The notes: generated by a model not told the origin, from the letters alone. 64,000 nt of DNA from Chiloscyllium plagiosum (GCF_004010195.1 NC_057719.1:39422252-39486251); one strand, 5' to 3'. Counted from the first letter of the stretch, positions 40,140-52,830 are shown. Numbers and translations are program-made.

Positions 40140-41680
40140 AGAACCATAGAACATTCAGCCCCTTGAGACGATTCTGCTATTCAGTGAGATCATGGCCAGT
40201 CTGTGGCCTAACTCCACATACAGGGCAACTGCTGTATCTGCGGAATCGTTTTCCACGGTTTCAGTTACCCGTGGTTTACCGCGGCTGGAACATATTATAG
40301 GGAACATTCCAGAACCTGGGACTGGAAGCTACAGGGAAGATAAATTTCCCATTTAAATTAATGGGTTCGCTTCTATCTGTGGTTTTGGGCTTCCACGGTA
40401 GGTCTTGGAATATATCCCCCACAGGTATGGGGGGACTACTGTACCTGCATTTGGCCCATATCTCCTTAATACCTTTGCTTAACAAAATCTGTCCATTTAA
40501 AATTAACATGCTGTTTTAGTTACAAAAATCTATCACCCTTTGTATGTGTAATTGCTTCCTAACGTTTCTCCTGAATGTTCTGGCCCTAATTCTCAGACTA
40601 TGCCCCTAGCTCTAGAATCCTCAGCCAGTGAAATTGCTTATCTTTATCTGCCCTGTCTTTTCCTGTTAGTATCTTGAAGACTTTGATATGATCCTCCCTT
40701 GGCTGTCTAATTTGGAAAGGAAACAGGCCTAATGTGGGTAACCTCTCTTCAAACCTAACCCCTGAAGTCCAGATATCATTCTTATAAACCTATGTGGTAC
40801 TCCCTCCAAGTCTAATATTCTCCTTCCTGACATGTGGTGCCCAGATTTGTGCTCAGTGCTCAAAGTGAAGTTGACCCAGGGTTTTGTATAACTGCAGCAT
40901 AATGTCTCATCCTTGTATTCTAGTCATCTAGATATAAAAGTATTCCGTTAGCTTTCTTGTTTATCTTATTAATGACAATTTAATGATGTATACATCTGAT
41001 TATTTTATGCCATTATCCAAGTCATTAATAAATAATGTGAATAATTGAGACCCGTACACAGATCCGTGTGGAACACTATTGGTCACATCCTGCCAATTCG
41101 GGTACCTATCCATTATCTCTACTTTCTATCACCCGCCACTGTACCAGTTTCCCCAACCATGTTAGAAATTTGTCCTCAATTCCATGGGGGTTTACCTTAG
41201 TTAAGTCTCTTCTGTGGGACTTTATCAAATGCCTTTTGGAAGTCGATATAAACAACATCTGTAAACATTCCCGTGTCCACTACCTTAGTCAACTCTTCAA
41301 AAAAAATTGAGGTTTGTCAGGCATAACCTACTTGTCATTAATCTGTGATGGCTCTCCCTAATTAACTGAGAATTTTCAAGGTTTGCAGTTACTCCATCCT
41401 TGATTACAGACATCAACAAGTTCCCCACCACAGATGTTAGGCTAACTGGTCCGTAATTCCCTGGTTTTTCTCTTGTGGCCTTAGAAAGCAAAGTGACGCG
41501 TACAGTTTTCCAAACCGGAGGATGACTCCTATGTCTCCAGATCACACTATTTCATTTAAATACCCTTGGATGCAAACCCTCAAGTGTCAGGGACTTGTCA
41601 CTCTTTAATTCCATTAATTTCTTCTTTACCAATGTTTTACTTACGTTAACTTTATTCTGTCCAAGTTACAATCTACTATT
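40140..41680 (-). mobile_element. Old CR1 LINE
   Basis: Minus [23 protein letters not shown]; tail ccatagaacat. Confidence 0.8.
40221..40441. mobile_element. MER2/Tigger-like MITE
   Basis: TA on both flanks; ends cagggcaactgctgtatctgcgg and (reverse complement) cagtagtccccccatacctgtgg; removal restores the host CR1 actccacata|cctgcatttggccc. Confidence 0.7.
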
Positions 41681-42754
41681 ATCCACTCCTGCCAGTAAGA
41701 GGTGAAGCTCAGTGTGGATTCATCTGTTCCGTCGGCTTTTCATTTTTTTTCCTTTCTTTCTCGACTTTAGAAGGACTGTAATGCTGAATTTTTAAACTTT
41801 TATTTTGTAATTTATACCTAAGATTTTGTACCTAGGTACCTTTATACTTAAGATGGTGTTGGAAATGGTGACTTTGTACATTTTTCACCGGACTCATACA
41901 TTCTATACTTGAGTACATGTGACAGGAAAACTTAATTCTAATTGAAAGGTGGCGGTGGAGTAGGGCTTCTGAGCTCGGGGCTCGTCCGCTCCATCTGCCA
42001 TTTTTTTTTGTTTCTGTTTCTTTTTCTTTCCTTTTTTTTTAAATTCCCCCCCCCCCCCCTTATTTTACTTACCACTTGTTGAAGAGCTTGGTTGCGGCTA
42101 CTGCTTTGGTGACCAGTGAGCCCAGCATGGACTCAGCATTGGAGGTGTGTTTGGGTTTCTGGCAGCTTCTGCTTTGATAAGACAGCCCTAACACCGATTC
42201 TGGCTCCTGCAGCAGTGGCAACTTTCCCAGTAGCGTCTGTATCCTGTGCAGATTGGTAGAGACAGAAATGTGTTTCAGCCCTGGTGGCATCAGCATTGGT
42301 TGCATCAGTGGAGGAGGGCCTGAAGCAGACTCTAGTTTGGGTTGGTGCTTTGGCAAGGTCCAGCAAGGATTCATAGTAGCAAGGCCATTGTTGGAGGCAA
42401 GTTGGTGTCAAAATGTGGTGACTTTCATTCCAGTGGTAGAGGCATGTTGAAGGGGATTCATGCCTGGCCACCAGACCCATGGCTCATATAGAGCATTTAA
42501 CAAGAAGCACTGTAAAGGGGAACACATTTTATTTATTTCTTTATTTTATTAATCTTTATATTTCATGTTTTGATTTATTTTTCTGTATTTTAAGATGGTG
42601 CTGGAGTGGTGACACCATGCAACACTTCTCACTATATGTTGTAACAAAATACACATGACAACAAATAAATAAAATCAAAATATTAATTTTTCAGGATTTC
42701 CAGCAAAATATACTCCTTTCTACTGTTAAATATGGAGGCCAAGTTATTCAACTG

Positions 42755-43080
42755 ACCTTATTGAAGTTTATAAAATAATGAGGGGTAAAAATGAGAGTTA
42801 TCCTTTTCATAGGTTGGGGTATTTCAAGACTAGGGGGCACATTTTTTAAGGTGAGAGGAGAGAGATTTTGAAAAGACACAAGGGTCAATTTTTTCACACA
42901 CACGTTGGTTTGCATGTGGAATGAAGTTCCAGAGGAAGTGGTCGACGTGGTACAATTTCAACAATTAAAAAACATTTGGATAAGTACATGAATAGGAAAG
43001 GTTTGGAGGGATGTGGGCCAGGAGCAGGCAGCTGGGACTAGTTTAGTTTGGGATTATGTTCGACATAGACTGGTTGCACG
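42755..43080 (+). mobile_element. CR1 3' fragment
   Basis: Similar to 4080-4410. Confidence 0.85.
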
Positions 43081-43484
43081 ACTCTGTCTGCCATTTCCTC
43101 ATAGTCATTGACATTGTCTTCACATTAGGTCTTTTGTGGACCAGCATTGCTCCTGACCATTCGCTTTCCCTTTATGTAACTATAACATTTGTTCATATTG
43201 ATTTTGATGTCCCTGGCAAGTTTTCTTTGAAAATCCGATTAAAGCTCTATTTGGCTGCTTTGTGTCTCTTTGCTGGTCTTTGTATCTCTCCCATTCATTA
43301 GGATCTGTATGCTGCTGTTTTGCATTTTTGTGAGCCTTTTCCTTTAGTTATATGCTGTCCCTTATCTCTTTAGATGTCCATGGCTTTTTTTCTTCTGTGA
43401 ACTGGGCCATTTTCCTCTTGAGGCTATAAACTGGTTTCATACTTTGTGTCTTTTTAAAAATTCTCCATTCTTCTTTAATTCCTC

Positions 43485-44345
43485 AAGATGAAAATCAGGA
43501 AGGCAAAAAGGGGACATGAGGTACATGGGATAGCTTTAGCAAATCAGGTTAAATCTGAAGAGATTTTACAAATAGATCAAGGGGAAAAGAGTAACTAGGG
43601 AGAGAATAGTGCCCCTTAACGATCAACAAGGCAGTCTATATGTGGAACTGCAGGAGATGGTTGAGATACTAAGCAAGTATTTTGTGTCAGTATATACTGT
43701 GGAGAAAGATATGGAAGCTAGAGAACTTGGAGAAATAAGTGATAGCGTGAAAAATGGCCATATTGCAGAGGAGGTGGTGCTGGATGTCTTAAAATGCATA
43801 AAGGTGCTTAAGTCCCTGGGACCTGATCAGGTGTATCCCAAAGCTTTGTGGGAGGCTAGCGAAGTGATTGCTGGGCTTCTTGCTGAGATGTTTATACTAT
43901 CGATAGCCATAGGTGAGGTGCAGGAAACAGAGGGTGTTAAATATGACACTATTTAAGAAAGATGGTAAGGAAAAGCCAGGGAACTATGGACTGGTGAGCC
44001 TGAGATCAGTGGTGGGTAAGTTGTTGGAGGGACAGAATTTACATGTATTTGGAAAGGCAAGGACTGATTAGTGATAGTCAACATGACTGTGTGCATAGGA
44101 AATTGTCTCACTAACATTGAACTTTTTGAAGAAGTGACAAAGAAGATTGATGAAGGTAGAGCAGTGGATGTTGTCTATGTATGGGCTTCAGGAGTTCAAC
44201 AAGGTTCCACATGGTAGGCTGGTTAGCCAGGTTAGATCACATGGAATCCAGGGAGAGTTAGCCATTTGGATACAAAATTGGCTTGAAGGCAGGAGAAGGA
44301 GGGTGGTGGTGGAAGGTTGTTTTCTTTGACTGGAGGCCTGTAAAC
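43485..44345 (+). mobile_element. CR1 ORF2 internal fragment
   Basis: Similar to 2590-3455; ORFs GPDQVYP and FNKVPHGRL. Confidence 0.88.
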
Positions 44346-44526
44346 AGCACTGTTATTTCAAAATTAAACTCCATCATATTCTCCTTGGCCCAATTGGTCA
44401 CAGGCCTCCAGTCTGAAAAGCAACCCTCAACCAATTGAGTTGTTGGAATGTTGTTGCAACTTTGGGTTCTTCTGTCATCTCTGAGCCCTATATGTTTTTG
44501 TTCTTGGAAGAGATATACTTCTACAT

Positions 44527-44831
44527 TTAGGGTGTAGGTTTGCTCGCTGAGCTGTAGGTTTGATATCCAGACGTTTCATTACCTGGCTAGGTAACATCAT
44601 CAATGGCGACCTCCAAGTGAAGCGAAGCTGTTTTCTCCTGCTTTCTATTTATATCTTTCTCAGTTCAGGAGAAAGATATAAATAGAAAGCAGGAGACAAC
44701 AGCTTCGCTTCACTTGGAAGTCGCCACTGATGATACCTAGCCAGGTAATGAAACGTCTGGATATCAAACTTACAGCTCAGCTAGCAAACCTACACCCTAA
44801 ACCTCAACCTGAGCTACAAACATTGCAAAAA
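44527..44831. mobile_element. Palindromic non-autonomous Penelope terminal-repeat element with 12-bp TSD
   Basis: Arms 44527-44661 and 44669-44800 are reverse complements around a 7-nt loop; TSD atacttctacat at 44515-44526 and 44832-44843; one HHR motif per arm. Confidence 0.92.
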
Positions 44832-45100
44832 ATACTTCTACATCATTTTTGTTGAACTAACCCTTGTGACAACAGTGCTCAAACCTAGAGGTCTGAGCAC
44901 AGTGTCTAGTAGAAATCACTTTATTTGCTCCCAGTGCTGTGAAATTGAGAAGGATGTATGAAGATTTTCCAGATTGGTTGTTAACTGTATTTGTAATTCT
45001 TCTCTTAGAAACTGATCATCTTCCTTAAGGTCTTTTGATTCTTATGATATCTTTGTTTCCATAGACATTTATTTCCAATTAAACTAGTTGACTATCTGAC

Positions 45101-45700
45101 TGTGACATAGCTGCTGCTTGAACCAGGTTATGCAATCCTTGGCTTTTTCTTTGAGAGGTCTTAAACACACAAACTCAAAAAGTCTGGAGGTGAAGAGTTT
45201 TAGGGCCAATTTGTTTATATCTAAAAGGTAAGCCTCAGGCAGAAGGCTTTCAAGTTTTAAAATAAAACACTTGTACAATGAAAAGGGTGTGGCCATTTCT
45301 CCCAGCTCAGCTTTTCCTCTGCTTTAGTTTTTATTTTAAGCAGGAATGGTAAAGCTTCTGGAGCCAGATGCAGGTCCAGGCTGGTACTCTCTCTTTCTGA
45401 CTTCTTTCCTGTAAGAACTTGTGTTTGATTTTACCTTTTGTACCAAAGGGTGTCGCAAGTATTTGGAACAGCATCTTTATGTTTTCAGATAGGATAAGTT
45501 ATTCGTTACCCTGTTTTTTGTTGTTTGTGTTTAATTCAGTAATCTTGTAATTGAATTCTGTTTTGTTTAAAACTTAAGTGGTTTGTTCAGTTGATTTTCT
45601 TGTGGAATATCCACTTTACACTTGCTCAAAAAAACTAACCAAGTTAGGGTCTGAGCTATCTCCTTGCAATGTTTTGAGGGGTCTGGTCTGGTCTATAACA
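45101..45700. mobile_element. Solo LTR (600 bp)
   Basis: TGTGACA...TATAACA termini (TG..CA) with a 5-bp TSD ctgac at 45096-45100 and 45701-45705. Confidence 0.75.
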
Positions 45701-46566
45701 CTGACCATGACATGAATGCTGATAGTTGTAGATATTTTCTAATTAGCCTGCTCAGATATATAATGGCACATGTCTGAGGCAGGTGGAACTTGAGCCTAGA
45801 CTTTCTGACTCAGCTATAGGGACACTATCAGTGTGCCGTAAGAGTCTTTTGCCGATAATTGTAAGCACGTTTACGGAAGTATCAATGCATTGTAAATAAC
45901 TGAACGTGATGATCTACAAATGTTCACCAATCCTTCAAGCTTGTTCTTTCATTTGGTTAGATTGTAGTTGCTTCGTACCTTACCTCAATCTGCACATGTT
46001 TTAATATCCTTGATAACAAAAATCACTTAACTTCAATTCTGACAATTTTAGTTCACTTAACTGCAATGATTTTGGTGAGGTGAGTTCTAGGTTTTCATCA
46101 CCTGTTATGTGAAGACGTGCTTTCTGACATCACCTGTGAACAGCCTAGCTCCAATTTTAAGGTTACACATGTTCATTTGGGACCAGACAAAGTGATCCTC
46201 TCTCCTTTCCTTATTCAGTAATTCAGTTTTCTTAAACATCTCAATTAAGATCACATTCCACTCTTCAATATTCAAGGGGCAACATGCTCTTGTAACCAGT
46301 CCTCAGAACATAACCCTTTCAACTCTGCCATTATTCTGGTGAATCTACATTGCAAGCCCTCCAGTAACAATACATTTTCCCTGAATCGGGGTACTAAAGG
46401 AAGTTAAGTTTGTCAGAAATTGAGAAAGTTGAGTCAGAGTTGAAAAGTATGGCACATCCAAGGAGCAGGAGAGTTGATGTTTCAGGCCCTTTATCAGCAA
46501 TGTGGAGGGGGAAAGGAGGCTGAGAGATAAATGGGGTGGGGGTGGAATAGGGTTAGGGATAGTAGA

Positions 46567-46666
46567 TTCCTGATTCCTGAAGAAGGGCCTGTGCCCGAAA
46601 CGTCGAATCTCCTGTTCCCTGGATGCTGCCTGACCTGCTGTGCTGTTCCAGCAATAAAGTTTCAAC
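46567..46666 (+). mobile_element. 100-bp HHR-bearing insertion with 14-bp TSD
   Basis: TSD ttagggatagtaga at 46553-46566 and 46667-46680. Confidence 0.88.
46572..46609 (+). ncRNA. Minimal type I hammerhead ribozyme, intact core
   Basis: GATTC-CTGAAGA-A-GGGC-CTGT-GCCC-GAAAC-GTC-GAATC: 5-bp stem I, 4-bp stem II, loopless palindromic stem III; predicted cut after 46604. Confidence 0.85.
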
Positions 46667-47622
46667 TTAGGGATAGTAGAAAGCTCTACCCTCCTAACTC
46701 ACCTTATCACTATTTATCTCCTCCACACCCGCATCAACTAATTATTTAAAAGGCCAACTTTACCATGCACTTGTTTTATTTCCAAGTGTTGTATTGTGAA
46801 TACCAGTGACTGAAGTTAGCTATGCATGTAATCTCCACTTCATAAGAAGGCTGATTTAAATGGAAGAATGATGCATTTAGGTCACTCTCTCAAACTTTAA
46901 GCTGCTGTTTAAAAATAGCTATAGTCGCTTCGAACACGGCAGTATGATGGATCCATGTAGAGAGAATTATTGCATTAATCTTTGTATTTAAAGTTCATTC
47001 AAGTAAAACTTGATGGGTAGGTTAGTCCATAGTATTATCCCAATATTTTAGTTATTGGCTTCAAACCAATTGGTAGTGATCTAGAGACATACCATTTCAC
47101 TACTTAGCTTGAACGTTGAATTACTAGATGATGAAATAAAAACATTAGAATCTTCTATAATTTCTATAAAGGAAATGGTAGTGCAGAATGCCAGATTTAT
47201 GACTACTTGTAAGAAGCTAGTTGTGTAGAATATTGAAGAAACATAAGGTTTTTGAGCAGGTGCGTGGTATTGCATTTTAAGTTTAAATATAATTCAATAA
47301 AAGCAAAGTTAATTGAAATTGAGAAAGTTGCACAGTTCGCTTGTGTGCCCTGGATGTCCCAAAGTCTTTCAATGTAAAGTTTTGAAGTATAGACAGAAAT
47401 CTAGAGAATGCAGCAAACCATTTGCATATGACAAGGTATCACAAATTGTATTGAGACAAGATTGCTTGGAAAGGTTCTGAATCTTTGAAGTAATAGTTTG
47501 ATTTGAGAAAAGATATGAATTTGGAATTCTAGAAGTTCAGCACAGAAAATGTTTTGATTCAGTTACATATTATTTTTATAATCCTGACTCTTTCTGTATT
47601 GTACTTGGTTGAATTTATTATT

Positions 47623-47940
47623 GGATGGCATGGTAGCTCAGTGGTTAGCACTGCTGCCTCATGGAAGCAGGAACCAGGGTTCAGTTTTATCCTCAGGTGC
47701 CTGCATGGGTTTCCACCGGGTATTCTGTTTTCCTCCCGCAGTTCAAAGATGTGCAAGTTAGGTGGATTGGCCATGTTAAATTACCCATAGTGTTCAGGGA
47801 CATGTAGTTTAGGTGCATTCGCCATGGGAACTGCAGGGTTACAGGGATTGGGTAGGGGGCTGGATCTGAATGGGATGCTTTTTGAAGGGTTGGTGTGGAC
47901 TCTTTGGGATGAATGACCTGTTTCCATACTGTAGGGATTC
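47623..47940 (+). mobile_element. Old diverged V-SINE
   Basis: ggtagctcagtggttagcactgctgcctca head, partial V-domain, tail gacctgtttccatactgta. Confidence 0.8.
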
Positions 47941-49974
47941 TTTAAAAAAATAGTAGTTGCAGTTACTACGTACAAAAGTATTTCCTAGTTTTCTAGTTGA
48001 TATAATCTTGACTTGATATCTATTCAGATGAAACAGCTGTTGTCCCTTCTCTAATGGTTGTAAGTATATACGCACAGATTGAACTTAGTAGTTTGAAAAC
48101 AAATGTGCAGCTGTAGTGACAAAGTGTATCCATCATTGTCCATTACTTGGTAGAGGTGGCAACATAATTTTAGAGAGGAAACTTTTTAGTGTTGGGTTCT
48201 GTTAGAGATCTTTGATAATTTATACAAGCAATAATAGTAACAATAATAGTAGCAGTAACTGTGGAAGGACAAAAATAAAACAAGTATTCAATAGTGAGCT
48301 ATTTGTCTCACTAAGTATAATGGCATCATCTTTAATTTGTCTGTATAAACTCCTCATTAATGTTTACAACCTCAGTATTATTCAGATATTGTAACGTTTA
48401 TTGTGGATTGGCAAGAAATGTCTGTGGGTTAATTTATTAAGGCCAGTCTTTTACTATGGCTATAAATCAAAATGATTCCTATTTCAAATTTTAGCCTTTG
48501 CTGGGTTAGTTGACTTTGAAAGTAGGCATGCTGTGTTTGGCATTCTGGGGCAAAAAGCTGTGTCCCTCCCATTGTCAACCATTAATCACAGGTGAAGTTT
48601 GGGCATGAAGTGAGCAAAGTTGCTTCCTATTGGATACTATGTCAGTACTGTGCCTAGGTATTCGCACAAAGGCTGACTTGGAAAACATCTCTGAGAAGTC
48701 AATGTTTCAGGATGTGTTGGGGAAGATAAATTACTAAAGAATAATTATAAGGCTATTAAGTCATCATATACAACAGCAACTTGCAACTGATATAGTAACT
48801 TAAATGTAGAAAAAAAACATCCAAGTTGTAATCCAAGTACAGTACCTTCTTCAACCTTAACTACTTAAATAAAACTGTCAGGCTTAGAGAATTAATGGCA
48901 GGGTTGTCTCATGCAGAGAAACAGTGTATCTCTAAACAAACTTTCTTTCTCATAGCTGGCTCAATACAGAGACGGCTAACTAGTATCTGCGCACTAGCTA
49001 CATTTTAATCTTTGGAGGTAACCAATAGTCTATGTAGCAATAGTACCACGTTTTTCATCCTCAAAACAAGTGGATTGTTTTTGCTGTGCCACCTGAGTAG
49101 GCAATTGCAATGGCCAATTTATTGGTGACACAGTCTCACAAGCTGCAAATAAATTTATGACTAAATAAACTTGCTAATAGCATTCGGTCGATTGAAGAAT
49201 ATTATCCTAAATATTATCCAGGAAGACTTCATACTCTTGGAATACCAATAGTTAGTTTTACAGCCAAGTAAGAGTGTGCTTAATTCAGTATTTTTAATAT
49301 ATTCATTCAAAAGACTACATTTTCAACAATAAATTACTCTTCGATGCTGCATTGAATTGCCAGTTTAAATTGCGAGGCTCAAACCCACAATTTACTGGCT
49401 GTTGGAGGAGAGAGTTCTTGCAAATGAGCCAAGCCAAAACAAGGAGTCACATGTTTTGTAACTTTCTCAATTGAGAATTACAGTGGAACAAATAAGCATT
49501 CTCTGCATTTGTCAAGGAGTTTTCTCCCTTTTCATGTAACTTTGTCAATTTGGCACTGAGTGTTTGAATTGAGAATGCTTCATCACTGAATTACATTTCC
49601 TTTGTGCAGGATTTTACCTTACCATTGTGCATTTGTCTGTTAATTAGAACTGAAGGTATTCCATGACCACCACTTTTACGCACATCCTCCAATTATAACT
49701 ATTCATAAGATCCTACACTAAAAACATAAATAGCTCAAAACAGAAGCCAATTAGATGCAGAATTAAACTTGAAACAGAATTGCTCTTAAAAAGATAATGG
49801 CCTACAATTTCATGGCAATTATTATTATTCTTCCCTGCTGAAATGATGCTGTATGTTGCATGTATTTGTATGTCGGTTAAAACCACCATGGTAATTGCAA
49901 GGAATGCCAATGTGTGGTTATGATCCTAATGAAAGAACTATAAATCAAAATAATCACATTTATGGAGTTTACAA

Positions 49975-51170
49975 ATATCTGTAATACAGAGGAGGAAGTG
50001 CCGGATATCTTGAAACACACAAAAGTGAATAAATCCCCAGGACCTGCTCAGGTGTACCCTAGAACTCTGTGGGAAGCTAGGGAAGTGATTGCTGGGCCTT
50101 GCAGAGATATTTGTATCATCAATAGTCACAGGTGAGGTGCTGGAAGACTGGAGATTGGCTAACGTGGTGCCACTGTTTAAGAAAGGTGGTAAGGATAAGC
50201 CAGGGAACTATAGACCAGTGAGCCTGACATCAGTGGTGGGCAAGTTGTTGGAGGGAATCCTGAAGGACACGATGTATATTTATTTGGCATGGCAAGGACT
50301 GATTAGGGATAGAGAACATGGCTTTGTGCATGGGAAATCATGTCTCACAAACTTGATTGAGCTTTTTGAAGAAGAAACGAAGAGGATTGATAAGGGCAGA
50401 GTGGCAGACATGATCTATATGCACTTCAGTAAGGCATTTGACAATGTTGCCCATGGGAGACTGGTAAGCGAGGTTAAATCTCATGGAATACAGGGAGAAC
50501 TAGTCATTTGGATACAGAACTGGCTCAAAGGTAGAAGACAGAGGGTGGTGGTGGGGGGTTGCTTTTCAGACTGGAGGCCTGTGACCAATGGGGTGCCACA
50601 AGGATCGGTGCTGGGTCCACTACTTTTCATCATTTATATAAATGATTTGGAGAAAGTGAGGACTGCAGATGCTGGAGATCAGAGCTTAAAAATGCATTGC
50701 TGGAAAAGCGCAACAGGTCAGGCAGCATCAAAGGAACAGGAGAATTGACGTCAGGGAGAGGTTGAGTAGACTAGGGCTGTTTTCCCTGGAGCATTGGAGG
50801 CTGAGGGTGACCATATAGAGGTTTACAAAATTATGAGGGGCATGGATAGGATAAATAGACAAAGTCTTTTCCCTGGGGTGGGGGAGTCCAGAACTAGAGG
50901 GCATAGGTTTAGGGTGAGAGGGGAAAGATATAAAAGAGACCTAAGGGGCAACTTTTTCACACATATGGTGGTATGTGTATGGGATGAGCTGCCAGAGGAA
51001 GTGGTGGAGGCTAGTACAATTGCAATATTTTAAAGGCATTTGGTGGGTATATGAATAGGAAGGGTTTGGAGGGATATGGGCTGGGTGCTGGCAGGTGGGG
51101 CTAGATTGGGTTGAGATATCTGGTCGACATGGATGGGTTGGACTGAAGGGTCTGTGTCCGTGCTGTACTC
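49975..51170 (+). mobile_element. CR1 RT fragment plus 3' end, separated by an HHR-family arm (about 50649-50752)
   Basis: ORF 50089-50748 [26 protein letters not shown] runs into gagaaagtgaggactgcagatgctgg; the CR1 3' end resumes at about 50753. Confidence 0.9.
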
Positions 51171-51689
51171 TCCAGGGAAAACAGCCTGTGATGCTCCAGG
51201 GAAAACAGCCCCAGCCCATTCAGCCTCTCCCTATGGCTCAAATCCTCCAACTCTGGCAACACCCTTGTGAATTTTTTCTGAACCCTTTCAAGTTTCACAA
51301 CATCTTTCCGATAGGTAGGAGACTAGAATTGCACGCAATATTCCAACAGTGGACTAACCAATGTCCTGTACAGCCGCAACATGACCTCCCAACTCCTGTA
51401 CTCAGTACTCTGACCAATAAAGGAAAGCATACCAAACGCCTTTTTCACTATCCTATCTACCTGTGACTCCACTTTCAAGGAGCTATGAACCTGCACTCCA
51501 AGGTCTCTTTGTATAGGAACACTCCCTCGGACCTTACCATTAAGTGTATAAGTCCTGTTAAGATTTGCTTTCCCAAAATGCAGCACCTCGCATTTATCTG
51601 AATTAAACTCCATCTGCCACTTCTCAGCCCATTGGCCCATCTGGTCCAGATCCTGTTGTAATCTGAGGTAACCCTCTTCGCTGTCCACT
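51170..51689 (-). mobile_element. CR1 fragment (post-RT region)
   Basis: Minus ORF VDSEEGYLRLQQDLDQMGQWAEKWQMEFN..LEYCVQF. Confidence 0.92.
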
Positions 51690-51749
51690 CTCTTACTTAG
51701 AAAATATTGCTGACTATTTTTAATTAATTCTTGCCTCTTCAGAATTTTT

Positions 51750-52830
51750 TTCAACCGTTTCCTACCACAGTCATTAGACCCACTGACCTGTAGTTTCCTG
51801 GTTTATCCCTACTTCACTTCTTGAATAATGGTTACACAGTAGCTGTCTTCTAGTTCTCTGGCACTCTTCTTGTAGCCAGAGGATTTGAAAATTAATATCT
51901 TTGCACCTGACAGCAGCCTTAGTTACATCTCATTTGGGCTTGGGGGTTTATCCACTTTCAAGCCTGCTGAAACCACTAATATCTCCTTTCTCCCAAAGCT
52001 AATTTGTTTAAATATATCATAGACCCTCTCTGATTTGTATTTTTACATTTTACTTCTCTACAGTGAAAACAGATGCAGAGTACAAATTGGAAGCTTCAGC
52101 TATATCTTCTGACTCCAGATATGGATTGACATTTTGGGCCCTTATGGGCTCTGCTCTTTCCTCGCTATTCTTTTGCCCTGGCGTAAAATATCATTAAATT
52201 TTCCTTAATGTTATCTGCCATTGTTTTTTTCATGTTCCCACTTTCCTAATTTCTTTTTTAAGCAAATCCCTGTACTTTTTGTACTCCTCCTCTATAGCAT
52301 CCAATGTTTTGAACCTTTGGTATTTATCATAAGCTTCCTTTTTATCCCCCTTAATCACATACACCCCTTGACATTCAGGGTTCTCTTCACACCCCTTCAA
52401 CTTCACAGAAACATATTGGCTCTGCACTCTCCACTGCCCTTTTGAATGTCCCCTACTACTCTGCTGTGGTTTTTCTGCAAAGAGCTGCTTCAGCGCCTTT
52501 ATTTCCAGTTCATCTTTGCCCTTATGTATAAGTACCAATCTTGCAGAACTATAGTCACTAATGGAAAAATGCTTCCTCACTGACACATCTAACACTTGTC
52601 TGTCTTCTGCACCTAAAGTTAAGCAGCACACCTTTTGTAATATGATGTTCTGCATGCTGGCTTAAAAATTTGTCCTTGACATACTTGAAGAATTTTGGCC
52701 CCCTAAGTCTTTCACATTTTGTCTATTCCAGTTAATATTGAAAGTTGAAATCCCCTACTATTACTACCCAATCATTTTTATACACTTCTGTAATTTGCTG
52801 TCTCCTTAAGCCTTCCTGCCTGTTGGGAGT
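51750..52830 (-). mobile_element. Old CR1 ORF2 fragment
   Basis: Decayed minus-strand motifs (ISDY, EEYKKYRDLLKKEIRK). Confidence 0.65.

Noticed and set aside
50089..50748. Apparent RT fusion protein with a novel C-terminus
   Set aside because: Chance read-through from CR1 into an inserted non-coding repeat arm.
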